A DNA stretch of 64,000 nucleotides, taken from Hemiscyllium ocellatum (taxonomy: Eukaryota). Shown here piece after piece: positions 47,901-56,250 of the stretch (the first letter of the stretch is position 1; the number at the start of each line of letters is the position of its first letter). The stretch is taken from the NCBI RefSeq assembly GCF_020745735.1, contig NC_083409.1, positions 9,289,534-9,353,533 of the forward strand, given 5' to 3'. The notes beneath the pieces are model-generated. The model was not told the DNA's origin, did no database searches, and saw only the letters and a list, made by a program, of their open reading frames with translations. The translations under genes were made by a program, and so were the position numbers.

Positions 47901-49686
47901 ACTGCTGCCTCACAGCGCCTGAGACCCGGGTTCAATTCCCGATCAGGCGACTGACTGTGTGGAGTTTGCACGTTCTCGTGTCTGCGTGGGTTTCCTCCGG
48001 GTGCTCCGGTTTCCTCCCACTGTCCAAAGATGTGCGGGTCAGGTGAATTGGCCATGCTAAATTGCCCGTAGTGTTAGGTAAGGGGTAAATGTAGGGGTAT
48101 AGGTGGGTTGCGCTTCGGCGGGTCGGTGTGGACTTGTTGGGCCGAAGGGCCTGTTTCCACACTGTAAGTCTAATCTAAGTCTAATCTAAAAATAACGGGT
48201 GATCTTATGGAAACAATGAGGAGCTTGACAGGGGTTGATGTTGACTAGATGTTATGGAACCAGTGAAGTCTCAACCCAGGGGACATTACAGAAGGGAACA
48301 TTCATTTTAAAAAAAAGGAAAGATTTTTTTCTCTCTCTCAGTGAATGGCTAGAATTCTCTCGCCCAAAAATTGTGACAGCTAAATGGGGTAGGGGAATGG
48401 GTCTGGTGGGTTACTCTTTGGAGGGTGGGTGTGGACTTGCTCAGCCGAAGAGCCTGTTTCCACACAGTGGGGATTCTATGATTCTATATCAAATTATTTT
48501 AAAAGAGGGTAGAGAGAGTTTTGAAATATTAAGCAGTTGGGGGCTATGAGGATCAAGCATAAAAGACAAGTTGAGGCCTGGTTTGGCCCAGCCATGATCT
48601 GATAGAATGGGGGAGCAAGCTCAAGGGAACGAATACCCTACTCCAGCTCCGATTCCTTGAGGCTCCATTTCATGCTTTCTTTTCTCCAAAGGGGAGCATG
48701 AGACAATGTGTTAAAAGATCTCAGACATTGTGAAAAGGAGTGAAAATGGGGTGTTTATGTATTGATTCCGATGGCATTTATCAATCAATCACAGCTATGC
48801 AGTCATGAATACGAAGGCAATTCCCTCCATGAATAAAGGAAACCTACTACAGAGCTCATCCAACGGGAATCTTACCTTCAGTAAACTCTTCCATCACATG
48901 ACCCAAAATTGCACCCTCAGCTGTTTACTTATTTGTTCACTTCCAGACATGACTATCCCAATGTTCTCTTGACTGAACTTTCATCAACTTCAACATATTC
49001 AAAAGCTCCACTTACTGCACCCTCTTTCCAAGCCCCTTTTACCCACGATCCTTGTACTTGCTGATTCATGACTTGCCAACAGCTTCAGTATAAGAAGTCC
49101 TGTCCTTCCGGACATATTTTTCCTTTCTATCTCTGCAATTTCCTTCAATCCTCGAAATTTTTGAAGTGTCTACGTTCCCCATTTTAGCATTTTCATTTTC
49201 ACCACCCAGCTCAGCACTGAAGCTTTCAGCTGCATGGTCATCAGCTATGCAATTCTGTCCTAACGCAGTTCAAATAGTAACATTTTCTTCCTTTCCAACA
49301 TTCTATCTCACCTATTTCTTTGACCAAGCAGTTGGTCATCTTTCTTAATATCATATGGTATGCTGTTAAGCTTTGCCCTGCTCTTCCTTGACAGTTTACT
49401 ACATTCGAGGAATGAAATAATTTCAAACTGCAGTGACAATTAACTCAATGCAGCAACTGTATGAGAGAAATTCCTGCAAAATTCCAGAAAGTACTGGCTC
49501 TTCAGCATGACTGGGGGAAAGGGCCATCTTGCCAAGTACACTAGAAGAAAGTACCTCTGTAACCTGACGTGCTGTATCAGCCATCAGCCTTGCAAGTTCC
49601 ACCTGCTGAGTGATCATTTTAGTTGTGGACTCTTGCAGCATCTCTTGGCGAACCTGTACAAACTGCTGCAGACTTTCTGCACATGC
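14810..49686 (-). CDS. CEP350: CEP350-like multi-exon gene (15 exons, about 799-802 aa as present; N-terminal half and CAP-Gly block absent; may be a duplicate or the paralogue CCDC187)
   Basis: Exons in transcription order: 49686-49555, 46445-46285, 44541-44419, 41550-41399 (or 41390), 40930-40746, 38831-38644, 35164-35077, 34004-33858, 33014-32827, 27025-26832, 25979-25777, 23653-23414, 21645-21499, 17707-17585, 14938-14810. Lengths sum to 2400 nt (2409 with the GC donor), all phases match and there is no internal stop. Peptides such as FDESMTEDEIEEQSF, FTMEMVRQY..EEEMRA, KTKAELAWLEHQKK, EELLEWKRRLDAEEA and EEEAQWVNYDEDELCVKMQLAD are CEP350 motifs in CEP350 order. Confidence 0.9.
16380..17420 (+). 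mobile_element. Possible solo LTR
   Basis: No ORF; layout resembling LTR U3/R/U5 (GT-rich segment then tgtaac...aagcaaagaacc...gggtct); ends not identified. Confidence 0.3.
17121..17305. mobile_element. Penelope-derived palindromic element with 14-bp TSD and collapsed centre
   Basis: Inverted arms cagcaggtctggcagcatctgtaaggagagaaaa / ttttctctccttacagatgctgccagacctactg; flanks aggt(a/g)agtgaggaa. Confidence 0.7.
17585..17707 (-). CDS. CEP350: CEP350-like exon 14 (IFISNEVLKLFGL...KFGTKQRDRVDHIL)
   Basis: ccacag acceptor, gtaggt donor, 123 nt, phase 0/0; RDRVDHIL motif. Confidence 0.92.
19410..20445 (+). mobile_element. CR1 LINE RT C-terminal half and 3' UTR
   Basis: 203-aa ORF VTSGVPQGSVLGSLHFVNYINDLD...FADNTK...KCEVLHFG; tail ctctacgactct. 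Confidence 0.93.
20445..21160 (+). mobile_element. Second LINE family (CR1/L2-like) 3' portion
   Basis: agcacaagtcaggagtctgatggaatac (AQVRS.MEY) and tail gcaactaggatcggtcaataaatgctggcccagcc. Confidence 0.75.
21499..21645 (-). CDS. CEP350: CEP350-like exon 13 (LIFNVTREIFADIFSDD...PWMKPSRISS...RNPQNLNEVK)
   Basis: ttccag acceptor, gtaata donor, 147 nt, phase 0/0. Confidence 0.9.
23414..23653 (-). CDS. CEP350: CEP350-like exon 12 (GSPVQEP...EIVTLVHGAAEELYKWQELGHDL...ESVSRRAYCE)
   Basis: caacag acceptor, gtgaga donor, 240 nt, phase 0/0; human EVEILVHNAAEELWKWKELGHDL...ESTSKRVYKQ. Confidence 0.88.
24853..25320. mobile_element. Compound: two direct copies of a Penelope terminal arm plus body and L2-like fragments
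   Basis: aaaatgtgttgctggttaaagcacagcaggtcaggcagcatccaaggaataggaaattcgacgtttc repeated at about 24853 and 25093; minus-strand LVNVCLTSRLDDC resembles the L2 TSRLDYC motif. Confidence 0.65.
25330..25670. repeat. Pyrimidine-rich degenerate repeat (ctcagaattcccattc-like motif)
   Basis: cagaattcccattc and variants recur about 5 times in a C/T-skewed tract. Confidence 0.7.
25777..25979 (-). CDS. CEP350: CEP350-like exon 11 (DTGSEEECPVPPCSQPHRDSSVPEEV...THSKM)
   Basis: ctgtag acceptor, weak gtaaaa donor, 203 nt, phase 1/0; human SEEESPVPLYSHLNSESSIPEEL...SPSKH. Confidence 0.8.
26832..27025 (-). CDS. CEP350: CEP350-like exon 10 (FLTKREQKLQRRRRAEELLEWKRRLDAEEAAIQQMEEQAQAAWDKQL...)
   Basis: catcag acceptor, gtaatg donor, 194 nt, phase 2/1. 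Confidence 0.93.
28670..29550 (+). mobile_element. CR1 LINE fragments with internal deletions
   Basis: WLADRKQRAGIN...WQPVTSEVLQGS...FTIYTNDL...KFVGDTKLGG. Confidence 0.85.
30880..31940. mobile_element. Two adjacent CR1 fragments in opposite orientation (minus about 30880-31330, plus about 31420-31940)
   Basis: CR1 3'-region sequence on each strand. Confidence 0.7.
31940..32273 (-). mobile_element. HE1 SINE, older copy
   Basis: catagaatccctcagtgtggaaacagg...gcactgtgaggcagcagtgc. Confidence 0.85.
32827..33014 (-). CDS. CEP350: CEP350-like exon 9 (VPTRQEQ...ETWSPSSVSNSGSETSNIMQKQKMRSHVDEK)
   Basis: tctcag acceptor, gtaata donor, 188 nt, phase 0/2; human ETRSPSPISISSSETSSIMQKLKKMRSRMDEK. Confidence 0.9.
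33858..34004 (-). CDS. CEP350: CEP350-like exon 8 (AEIRHLQKANKAAHRERQLILKQQEEI...LKSVGESKL)
   Basis: ccacag acceptor, gttagt donor, 147 nt, phase 0/0. Confidence 0.92.
35077..35164 (-). CDS. CEP350: CEP350-like exon 7 (CLRDNGEDDKMPSIRRRQRGLLLRLQQEQ)
   Basis: aaccag acceptor, gtatga donor, 88 nt, phase 2/0; not in the ORF track, read manually; human HLRDKGEDDKMPPLRKKQRGLLLRLQQEK. Confidence 0.92.
35191..37150 (-). mobile_element. Long CR1 LINE ORF2 fragment
   Basis: Tail aacatagaacaaag at 35191; ALERVQRRFTRMLPG, ITGDVTQGSILG, IDKSPGPDGI peptides. Confidence 0.92.
37670..38170 (+). mobile_element. Second LINE family 3' fragment
   Basis: Same 3' region as 20445-21160 (atcaaaatcccaggtactcc, aatactggccttaccagcagcga). 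Confidence 0.65.
38644..38831 (-). CDS. CEP350: CEP350-like exon 6 (HDFSMSFSGGQDSFCKFTMEMVRQY...KTKAELAWLEHQK)
   Basis: gtccag acceptor, gtgagt donor, 188 nt, phase 0/2; conserved coiled-coil block. Confidence 0.93.
39639..39827 (+). mobile_element. Penelope-derived palindromic non-autonomous element with a hammerhead core and 13-bp TSD
   Basis: Inverted arms (aaaatgtgttgctggaaaagcgcagcaggtcaggcagc / gctgcctgacctgctgcgcttttccagcaacacatttt); centre ctgatgaagggcttatgcccgaaacgtc; tgaattgctgaag on both sides. Confidence 0.75.
40746..40930 (-). CDS. CEP350: CEP350-like exon 5 (DSASVATEFDESMTEDEIEEQSF...DDSDEDILQDQSASIAVK)
   Basis: ctccag acceptor, gtgagt donor, 185 nt, phase 1/0; FDESMTEDEIEEQSF motif. 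Confidence 0.92.
41390..41550 (-). CDS. CEP350: CEP350-like exon 4 (SGSSKQDSPSVP...SSIEEVVQTTADNSIHSDSLPSLP[GEK])
   Basis: ggcag acceptor; two in-phase donors (GT after 41399, GC after 41390); matches human SSGSSRQESPSVP...SSIDEQVQTAADDSLRSDSVPSLPDEK. Confidence 0.85.
42250..42865 (+). mobile_element. Second LINE family 3' fragment
   Basis: AAPRTLKKLD peptide; tail aattagccaataaatgttcgcacagccagtgac. Confidence 0.75.
43505..43670. mobile_element. Penelope-derived palindromic element, right arm truncated
   Basis: gagtcgagatgactc tatcagagctctgatga ggagtcatctcgactc. Confidence 0.65.
43907..44213 (-). mobile_element. HE1 (V-SINE) full-length young copy nested in another SINE
   Basis: Near-identical to the other young copies; both flanks belong to one older SINE. 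Confidence 0.9.
44419..44541 (-). CDS. CEP350: CEP350-like exon 3 (KNECSPTPAG...DSLTESSRLKHHDR)
   Basis: tcgtag acceptor, gtgggc donor, 123 nt, phase 2/2; end matches human DSYSESSGYKNHDRR. Confidence 0.75.
45787..46120 (-). mobile_element. HE1 SINE, older copy
   Basis: atagaatagaatagaattcctacagtgtggaaacagg...gcgctgtgaggcagcagtg. Confidence 0.85.
46285..46445 (-). CDS. CEP350: CEP350-like exon 2 (MTELACAQ...LLDQQRQQHSDFMNQLRTRAEPDR)
   Basis: gtttag acceptor, gtaaga donor, 161 nt, phase 0/2; matches human MAELT...DHQRQHLPDFVKQLRTRTETDR. Confidence 0.85.
46850..48600 (+). mobile_element. Degenerate CR1 LINE ORF2, interrupted by an HE1 SINE
   Basis: LNRYFTLVFMEE peptide; ttggattttaaaaatgaatttgataagg (LDF.KAFDK). 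Confidence 0.75.
47874..48189 (+). mobile_element. HE1 (V-SINE) full-length young copy
   Basis: tRNA-derived head gggcggcacggtggcacagtggttagc, B-box ggttcaattccc, V-domain ggtttcctccgggtgctccgg, CR1-like tail with taatc repeats. Confidence 0.92.
49555..49686 (-). CDS. CEP350: CEP350-like exon 1 of 15 (ACAESLQQFVQVRQEMLQESTTKMITQQVELARLMADTARQVTE)
   Basis: tactcag acceptor, gtactt donor, 132 nt, phase 0/0; matches human VHAESLQQVVQ...ARLTTDAARQICE. Confidence 0.85.
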
Positions 49687-50094
49687 CTGAGTACACAAAG
49701 AGAGGTTTTCACGTCCAGCAATTGATAATTCAGATACTTTAATCAAGAGACAGAGCACTATTAAAATGCAATGTGAAATTGACTTATGATCCAGGAAGCA
49801 CACTGCATTCAACTTGCATCATGTTTCATCATGCAACATAAGCTCACTGACACGGCTTCTGTTTTACAATCAAGCTTTTAAGCCTTTCCCTCTCCTCCAA
49901 CGTCACATATAAGCACAGTAACCTAGTCATCGTGTGATTTTGTTTTTTTGATTTCCAGTATTTGCAGTTCTTTGGTTTTATTTTAATTTAACCTGGTCAT
50001 GGTATTGCGAGATTGTTTCCATGATGGGGAGATGTATTCAACCTTAAAACTAAAAACCAGACCATTCAGAACTGAAAAATCAGGAATTAATTAT

Positions 50095-50540
50095 TTAATT
50101 CATTCTCAGGATGTAGAAATCCCTGACACTGACTGTCCAACCACAACTGGCATTAAAAGGTGAAAGTTAGTGATCTTCTTAAACCACGGCAACCCATGTG
50201 GCTGCAAGGTACTCCCAATGTATGTCAGACCATTGTAGGCAGCAAAGGAAGAGCAATATATTTTAAAGTCATAATTATATGCGGCATTCCCAGGCATTTG
50301 CTACCCTGTTCTTCCAGACAGAATAGGTCATGAGTCTAGGTCTGTCAAAGGAGCCTTCAGTGAGGTATTGCAGAGCATCTTATAGATGGTGCACCTTGTT
50401 GCTACCGTATACTGATGACAGAGGGAATAGGCACTTAAGGTGGTGGACATGATTCAAATCATGCTGATGTTTTGTAATGGTTGATGTTGAGCTTCCCGAG
50501 TATCGCGAGAACTGCACTCCTCCAGGTAAGTGGGGAGTAT
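50095..50540 (-). mobile_element. Second LINE family 3' fragment
   Basis: Reverse complement of the shared tail and of the YxAQVRSxMEYSP region (tggggagtattccatca). Confidence 0.65.
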
Positions 50541-51179
50541 TCCATCATAATGCTTTCCTAGACCTGTTCATCTCTCAGCTCCATTTCCTCCTTTAAACAC
50601 TCCTTAAAATCCAACTTCACCAAAATTTTGAATATCTTGCATGACTTAGCATAAACTTTTCCATTTGATGCTTTTTTGAAATATTTTGGGATACTTTATT
50701 ATTTTAAATGCTTTTTTCCAGCAAATTGCTGTGATGAGATGATACTTTTATTTTGCATGTGTTTTGAGGGATAAGGCTGATGAAAAGCGAAAGGGCATTT
50801 CGGTATAAGCAAATTTAAACTCAGTTGCATCAGAGAATTAAGAGGCTGATTGTTCTACTCTTGTTCCTAGATCCCAATGACAAGTTGTGAATATGCATTC
50901 CACAATTCTGGTGATCTCTCGGTAGGCCATTGCTTGCTAGCATAGTCCTCAACTGAAGAACAATTCAAAAAAGCTGCAGTCTATTTTTATTGCCATGATC
51001 TTTATTGGTCAAGTGGATACTCCTTATTTTCATGGTTCTACTCTCTCTGTGTGGGTTCTACCAAAAAATCGCAAATATGGCATCAGAGGCAGTTCTGCTC
51101 TATGTTCCTCAGATGGGGACAATCTGAAGCAAAAACTGCCGTTTAAAGAAGCTAAGTTTTCACGGTGTCATTGACATCT

Positions 51180-51264
51180 TCAGGTCATTGCAAAGTCCTT
51201 CTCAGCTAATGGAGTTCTTTCAAAATATAGTCACGCTGTCCAAGAAGGGCCTTTTGACAAGCTC
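51180..51264 (-). pseudogene. Possible decayed N-terminal CEP350 exon fragment
   Basis: gtctttttag acceptor, then ELVKRPFLDS and, after a frameshift, PLAEKDFAMT* resembling human VQERPPSASS...PLARKDLMESTW. Short and disrupted; similarity judged by eye only. Confidence 0.3.
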
Positions 51265-51299
51265 CTAAAAAGACAGCATCGACATAGAACATAGAACAT

Positions 51300-51399
51300 N
51301 NNNNNNNNNNNNNNNNNNNNNNNNNNNNNNNNNNNNNNNNNNNNNNNNNNNNNNNNNNNNNNNNNNNNNNNNNNNNNNNNNNNNNNNNNNNNNNNNNNN
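51300..51399. other. Scaffold gap (100 N)
   Basis: Run of exactly 100 N, flanked by a minus-strand CR1 tail (catagaa repeats) on the left and a plus-strand CR1 3' region on the right. Confidence 0.99.
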
Positions 51400-51725
51400 A
51401 AAATCATGAGGGGCATCGATAAGGTGAATATCCAAGGTCTGTTTCCCAGGGTATGTCAGTCCAAAACTAGAGGATATAGGTTTAAGGTAATAGAGGAAGA
51501 ATTTGTAAGGGAACTAAGGGGCAACTTTTCATGCAGAGGATGGTGCATGCACGGAATGAGCTGCCAGGGAAGTGGTGGAAGCTGGTACAATTTATATGGG
51601 TCCATGAATGGGAAGGGTTTAGAGGGATAAGGGCTAAATCATGGCAAATGGAATTAGATTAGGATGTCTGGTTGGCATGGATGAGTTGAACCGAAGGGTC
51701 TGTTTTCGTGCTGAATGACTCTCTG
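51400..51725 (+). mobile_element. CR1 LINE 3' end right of the gap
   Basis: MRGIDKVN..GLFPRV..SKTRGYRFKV; tail atgactctctgact. Confidence 0.85.
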
Positions 51726-52279
51726 ACTAAGACACTGGTTTAAATAGACAAAGCTTCTGAGACAGAGGTGACAGTGCTCCCACTGACCAGGTTCCAGTTT
51801 GTACAGGGCTCCGCTCTCAGCTGGATGGTTGGGAGTTGGAGCTGATTTTAAGCTGTATATTGGAGAGGAGTAAGCAACCTTTTTGATCAAAGCCTCCAGA
51901 AATGTGAAGGTAACATCTATGAGCAATTCAGAGCAATGATCTACTCGGTTATTTTGACTCCTGGGGCCTGCTGAGTACTAAACCTCAGTATTTAAGGATT
52001 GCTGAGAAATATCTTCATTGACTTGGACATTAATTGTACTTTTCAGGTTCCACAGTTTAATGAAGAGTCCAGAAGATTATAGCTTTGGGTTATTTCCCGA
52101 TCTCATTGTTGCTGTCTACAAGGCTGTGAAGGACACAGATTGGAAGAAGTAATTTCCAAAAGAATAGAGGCTGCTCCTTTCTTCAAAGAGTTGCCATCTC
52201 TTGAGTGGATATGAGACAGAACCACTTGCATGCTACAGGGCTAGAATGGAAAGAAGTAACTTTCATTTGTATCACAGAA

Positions 52280-53198
52280 TCCATATAGTGTGGAAGTAGG
52301 TCATTCAGCCTATCGAGTACACACCACCCCTCTGAAGAGCATTCCATCCAGACCCAGATGCTATGCCTGTATTTTCCAATGGCTAATCCACATAGCCTGC
52401 TCATCCCTGGACACTGTAGGCAATTTAGCATGGCCAATTTACCAGCCTGCAGATCTTTAGGACCGTGGGAGGAAGCCAGAGTACCTGGCGGAAGCTCACA
52501 CAGATACAGGGAGAACGTGAAAACTCCACACAGACTTGCCTGAGGCGGGTCCCTGACGGTGTGAGGCAGCAGTGCCAACTGCTGAGCCATCGTGCCACCC
52601 CAAATGTATAGCACTTTTTGTTACCTGAGGATGTTCCAAAGCATTTTATTGATAGAGATGTGGGTTTGGAACATGAATAAGGTTACATTTGTGCCACACA
52701 GCTGCCAGGCAATGACTGTCTCCAACAAGAGAGAATGTAACTATCTTGCCTTGATGTTCAGTAGCTGTGTGCTGTGTGCACACATTACCTTTAAGAAAAT
52801 CCAACCCTGTGTATGTACGGTGTTGAATTCTACCCACCAGTTAGTCATCTGTCAGCCTGCAAGCTGCACAGACCAAGATCAATTCACAGAATCCCTACAG
52901 TGTGGAAATAGGCCTCCACACTGACCCTCCAAAGAGCATCCCACTCCTCCACCCCATTACTCTACATATTCCCTGACTACTGCACCTAACCCACACATCC
53001 CTGAACACCATGGACAATTTAGTTTGGCCAATTCACCGAACCTGCATATCCTTTGACTGTGGGAAGAAACCGCAACATCCAGAGGAAACCCACAGACACG
53101 GGGAGAATGTGCAAACTCCAAACAGACAGTTGCCCGAGGCTGGAATCGAACCTAGGTCCCTGGCGCTGTGGGACAGCAGTGCTGACCACTGAGCCTCA
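52280..53198 (-). mobile_element. Two older HE1 SINE copies (about 52280-52600 and 52885-53198)
   Basis: V-domain and head recognisable in both. Confidence 0.8.
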
Positions 53199-53444
53199 GT
53201 GCAGTCCATTCTTGCTTGCTGTAATGTCTGCTTCACGACTTGTAATGTGTTTTTTTGCTTTAAATAAACTAACTTACAAAGTTAATGGATTGATTATGGG
53301 ACCATTATCTTAACTATATCATGGTGAAAGGCTGGACAAAACACTGTACAGATGAGGCCTATTGCACATGCGGCTTAATCTGCAGGTAGAATATACAAAT
53401 GACAGTCTTCGATTGTGTGAAAGTGTATGAGGCAACATATGGGC

Positions 53445-53950
53445 AAGGAACAAAAGTAGGCCACTCGGCCCTTATGGCTGATCTGATTTTAACCTCAATT
53501 CTACATTCTCTGATAATGTTTCATCCCTTCAGTCAGCAAGAATCTATCTATGGTCATGGCTGATCATCGAGCACTACACTGTAATCCCTCCCTACCCCAT
53601 ATCCCTTGAATCTTCAGCCACAAGAGCTATCTCTACCCCCTTCTTGAAAACATAATGTTTTGGCCTCAACAACTTTCTGTGACAGAGAATTCCACAGGCT
53701 CACCACTCCCTGGGTGAAAACATTTTTCCTCATCTCTATCCTATAGAGTTTACCCCTTAACCTTAAACTATGAGCCCTGGTTCTGGTCTTCCCCACCATT
53801 TGGAACATCCTTCCTCCATCTAACATGTCTCGTCCTGTTCCAATTTTATACCTTTGTACAAGATTCCCTTCCTTCATTCTTCTAAACTCCAATGAACACA
53901 ATCCTCACCAACTCAACCTCTCTTTATACATCAGTCCTGCCATCACAGAA
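53445..53950 (-). mobile_element. CR1 LINE 3' end
   Basis: CSLEFRRM...FTQGVVSLWNSL peptide. Confidence 0.8.
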
Positions 53951-54099
53951 ATCAAATGGCATTCAGTCATTAATATTAATCACCGCATCATGGAAGACAG
54001 ACGTTGAAGGTCAGGGTGAGAGGACAGTCATTGCCAGTTCTAAAATTCAGGCTTCTGTTGCAGTAAGCTCAATGGAATCATTGAATACAATCTGACAAC

Positions 54100-54240
54100 A
54101 GCAGAAAGATGGGAGGTGTAGATGGAGGGTGCAGACAACGGTGTAGACAGTGGGTTTGGACATGGGGTGTAAACGGAGGGTGCAGACGGTGTGTATAGAC
54201 AGTGGCATCGACAGAAGATGCAGATGCTGGGTGCAGACTG
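54100..54240. repeat. Short degenerate tandem repeat (ggagggtgcagac..ggtgtagacagtgg)
   Basis: Two clear copies and one partial copy. Confidence 0.6.
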
Positions 54241-54399
54241 TGCTGTAGCCAGTAGTATAAACATGTGCTAGACTTTGCGTGGTGACCAGACGAGTGGCTG
54301 TGTGGAATCACACAGAGAGCAGTCAGTGAGCCTGACACAGTCAGGGACACCCCCTGGTGCTGAAGGTCATGCTGCTGGCAAAGGCTGCATTTCATCTGA

Positions 54400-54620
54400 A
54401 ACTGTACTCCCCTCTTGTCCCCATATTCCTCACAACAACCCCTGGAGATGCCAGCCAGCACGCTGTGCCCTCGCTCAGTCTCCATTGGCCTTGCCTCCAT
54501 TAGTCTTGACCCTCCTTCTAAGCTCCTACTTGGGCCTTCACTGAAGCTTGAACCATTTCCTCTGACCCTTGATCATGTATTTGCCACCTTCGACACCTTC
54601 GATAGTAGTCACCATTAACC
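54400..54620 (-). mobile_element. Possible Harbinger-type Myb/SANT gene remnant
   Basis: Disrupted peptide MIKGQRKWFKLQ*RPK*ELRRRVKTNGGKA resembles the KKW.DL...RR..KTGGG end of Myb_DNA-bind_5-type proteins. Confidence 0.3.
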
Positions 54621-54770
54621 TGCACAGCCCTCTCAGCATAGATACAGCATAGAAAAGGCATTTTGGCCCATTGAGTCTGCACGAACATAATTACAACCGA
54701 AGGCACTTTTATCCCAATATCGTGCTGGTGTCCCAAATCCATGAATGTTATGATATTCAAGATTTTTTTT

Positions 54771-55086
54771 TTAGATTAGATTAGATTACTTACAGTGTGG
54801 AAACAGGCCCTTCGGCCCAACAAGTCCACACCGACCCACCGAAGCGCAACCCACCCATACCCCTATATTTACCCCTACCTAACACTACGGGCAATTTAGC
54901 ATGGCCAATTCACCTGACCAGCACATCTTTGGACTGTGGGAGGAAACCGGAGCACCCGGAGGAAACCCACGCAGTCACGGGGAGAACGTGCAAACTCCAC
55001 ACAGTCAGTCGCCTGAATCGGGAATTGAACCCGGGTCTCAGGCGCTGTGAGACAGCAGTGCTAACCACTGTGCCACCGTGCCGCCC
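54771..55086 (-). mobile_element. HE1 (V-SINE) full-length young copy
   Basis: Near-identical to the 47874 and 43907 copies. Confidence 0.92.
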
Positions 55087-55207
55087 ACTAAGGTTGTAAA
55101 GTCTCTACCCTCCACTATCTTCCCTGACAGAGGGTTGCGACTTTATAGTTTGTGTCACATCAGACTCTTGGAGCTGAATGAAATCTCAACTCTCTGGGCT
55201 TTTTTAT

Positions 55208-55545
55208 GGGTGGCATGGTGGCTCAGTGGTTAGTACTGCTGCCTCACAGCACTAGGGACCCGGGTCGATTCCAGCCCCGGGTATCTGTGTGGAGTTTGCA
55301 CAGTCTCCCCGTGTCTGGGTGTTTTTCCTCTGTATGCTCCAGTTTCCTCCCCACAATCCAAAGATGTGCAGGTTAGGTGAACTGGCCATTCTAAAATTGC
55401 CCATAGTGTTCAGGGATGTGTTAGTTAGGTGTGTTAGTCAGGGGAAATAGCCAAGGGGAGTGGATCTCGGGTGAATTTCTCTTCGGAGGATTGGTCGGGA
55501 CTTGTTGCACCAAATGGCCTGTTTCCACACTGTAGGGATTCAATG
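55208..55545 (+). mobile_element. HE1 SINE, older copy
   Basis: gggtggcatggtggctcagtgg head; cctgtttccacactgtaggg tail. Confidence 0.85.
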
Positions 55546-55709
55546 ACAGTCCATTCCAGATTCCCATCACCCTCTGAGTGAAAGAGTTACTTTCCCAAAT
55601 CTCATTTGCGATGTTTGTAAAGGAATCTTTCAAACCATTCATATTGTTCAGTGTCCTTTAGCTCTTTCACTCCTTGTTCGATAAGTGTTCATTTTTTTTC
55701 TGATTAAAT

Positions 55710-55830
55710 ATGAGTCCCTGATGGGGTTTAACCTTGTCCAATCACGGAGCCCTGGCTGACAGATAAAAAGGGGAGTGTCAGAAGGACTGATACTCTGTTA
55801 CCTGACTCTGAATAACAACCTGCCAACCAA
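55710..55830 (+). mobile_element. Possible LTR promoter fragment
   Basis: aaccttgtccaatcacggagccctggctgacagataaaaggggagtgtcag: CCAAT box followed by a TATA-like gataaaag. Confidence 0.35.
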
Positions 55831-55955
55831 CCCCCTCCTTCTGTTACCCTCAATCTCCTCATACTTATTCTTGATACCCCTTCAGTCCAGCTTGTGCTGC
55901 CTTTGGGTGAAGTTGACCTTCCCTCCATCACCCAGCAACGTGGTCATCATCCCTG

Positions 55956-56250
55956 CTAGCACTGCTGCCTCACAGCGCCAGGTTCCCAGGTTCGATTCCA
56001 GCCTCGGGTGAATGTCTGTGTGGAGTTTGCACATTCTCCCTGTGTCTGCCTTGGTTTCCTCCGGGTGCCCTGGTTTCCTCCCACAGTCCGAAGATGTGCA
56101 AATCAGGTGAATTGGCCATGCCAAATTGCCCATAGTGTTAGGTGCATTAGTCAGAGGGAAATGGGTTGGGTTTCTGTTTGGACGGTTGGTGTGGATTGTT
56201 TGGGCCGAAAGGCCTGTTTCCACACTGTAGGTAATCTAATCTAATCTAAT
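55956..56250 (+). mobile_element. HE1 SINE, slightly 5'-truncated
   Basis: agcactgctgcctcacagcgccagg...gtaatctaatctaatctaatc. Confidence 0.88.

Noticed and set aside
47874-47945. tRNA gene
   Set aside because: tRNA-like A/B boxes are the head of an HE1 SINE followed by the V-domain and CR1-like tail
14810-49686. Naming the gene CCDC187 outright, or calling it the canonical CEP350
   Set aside because: Exon peptides are very close to CEP350 but the architecture is not canonical; a tree and synteny are needed and neither flanking marker gene is in the window
52030-52250. Minus-strand segment after a ccctgtag acceptor as an upstream CEP350 exon
   Set aside because: Contains stops and I could not align it convincingly to any CEP350 peptide
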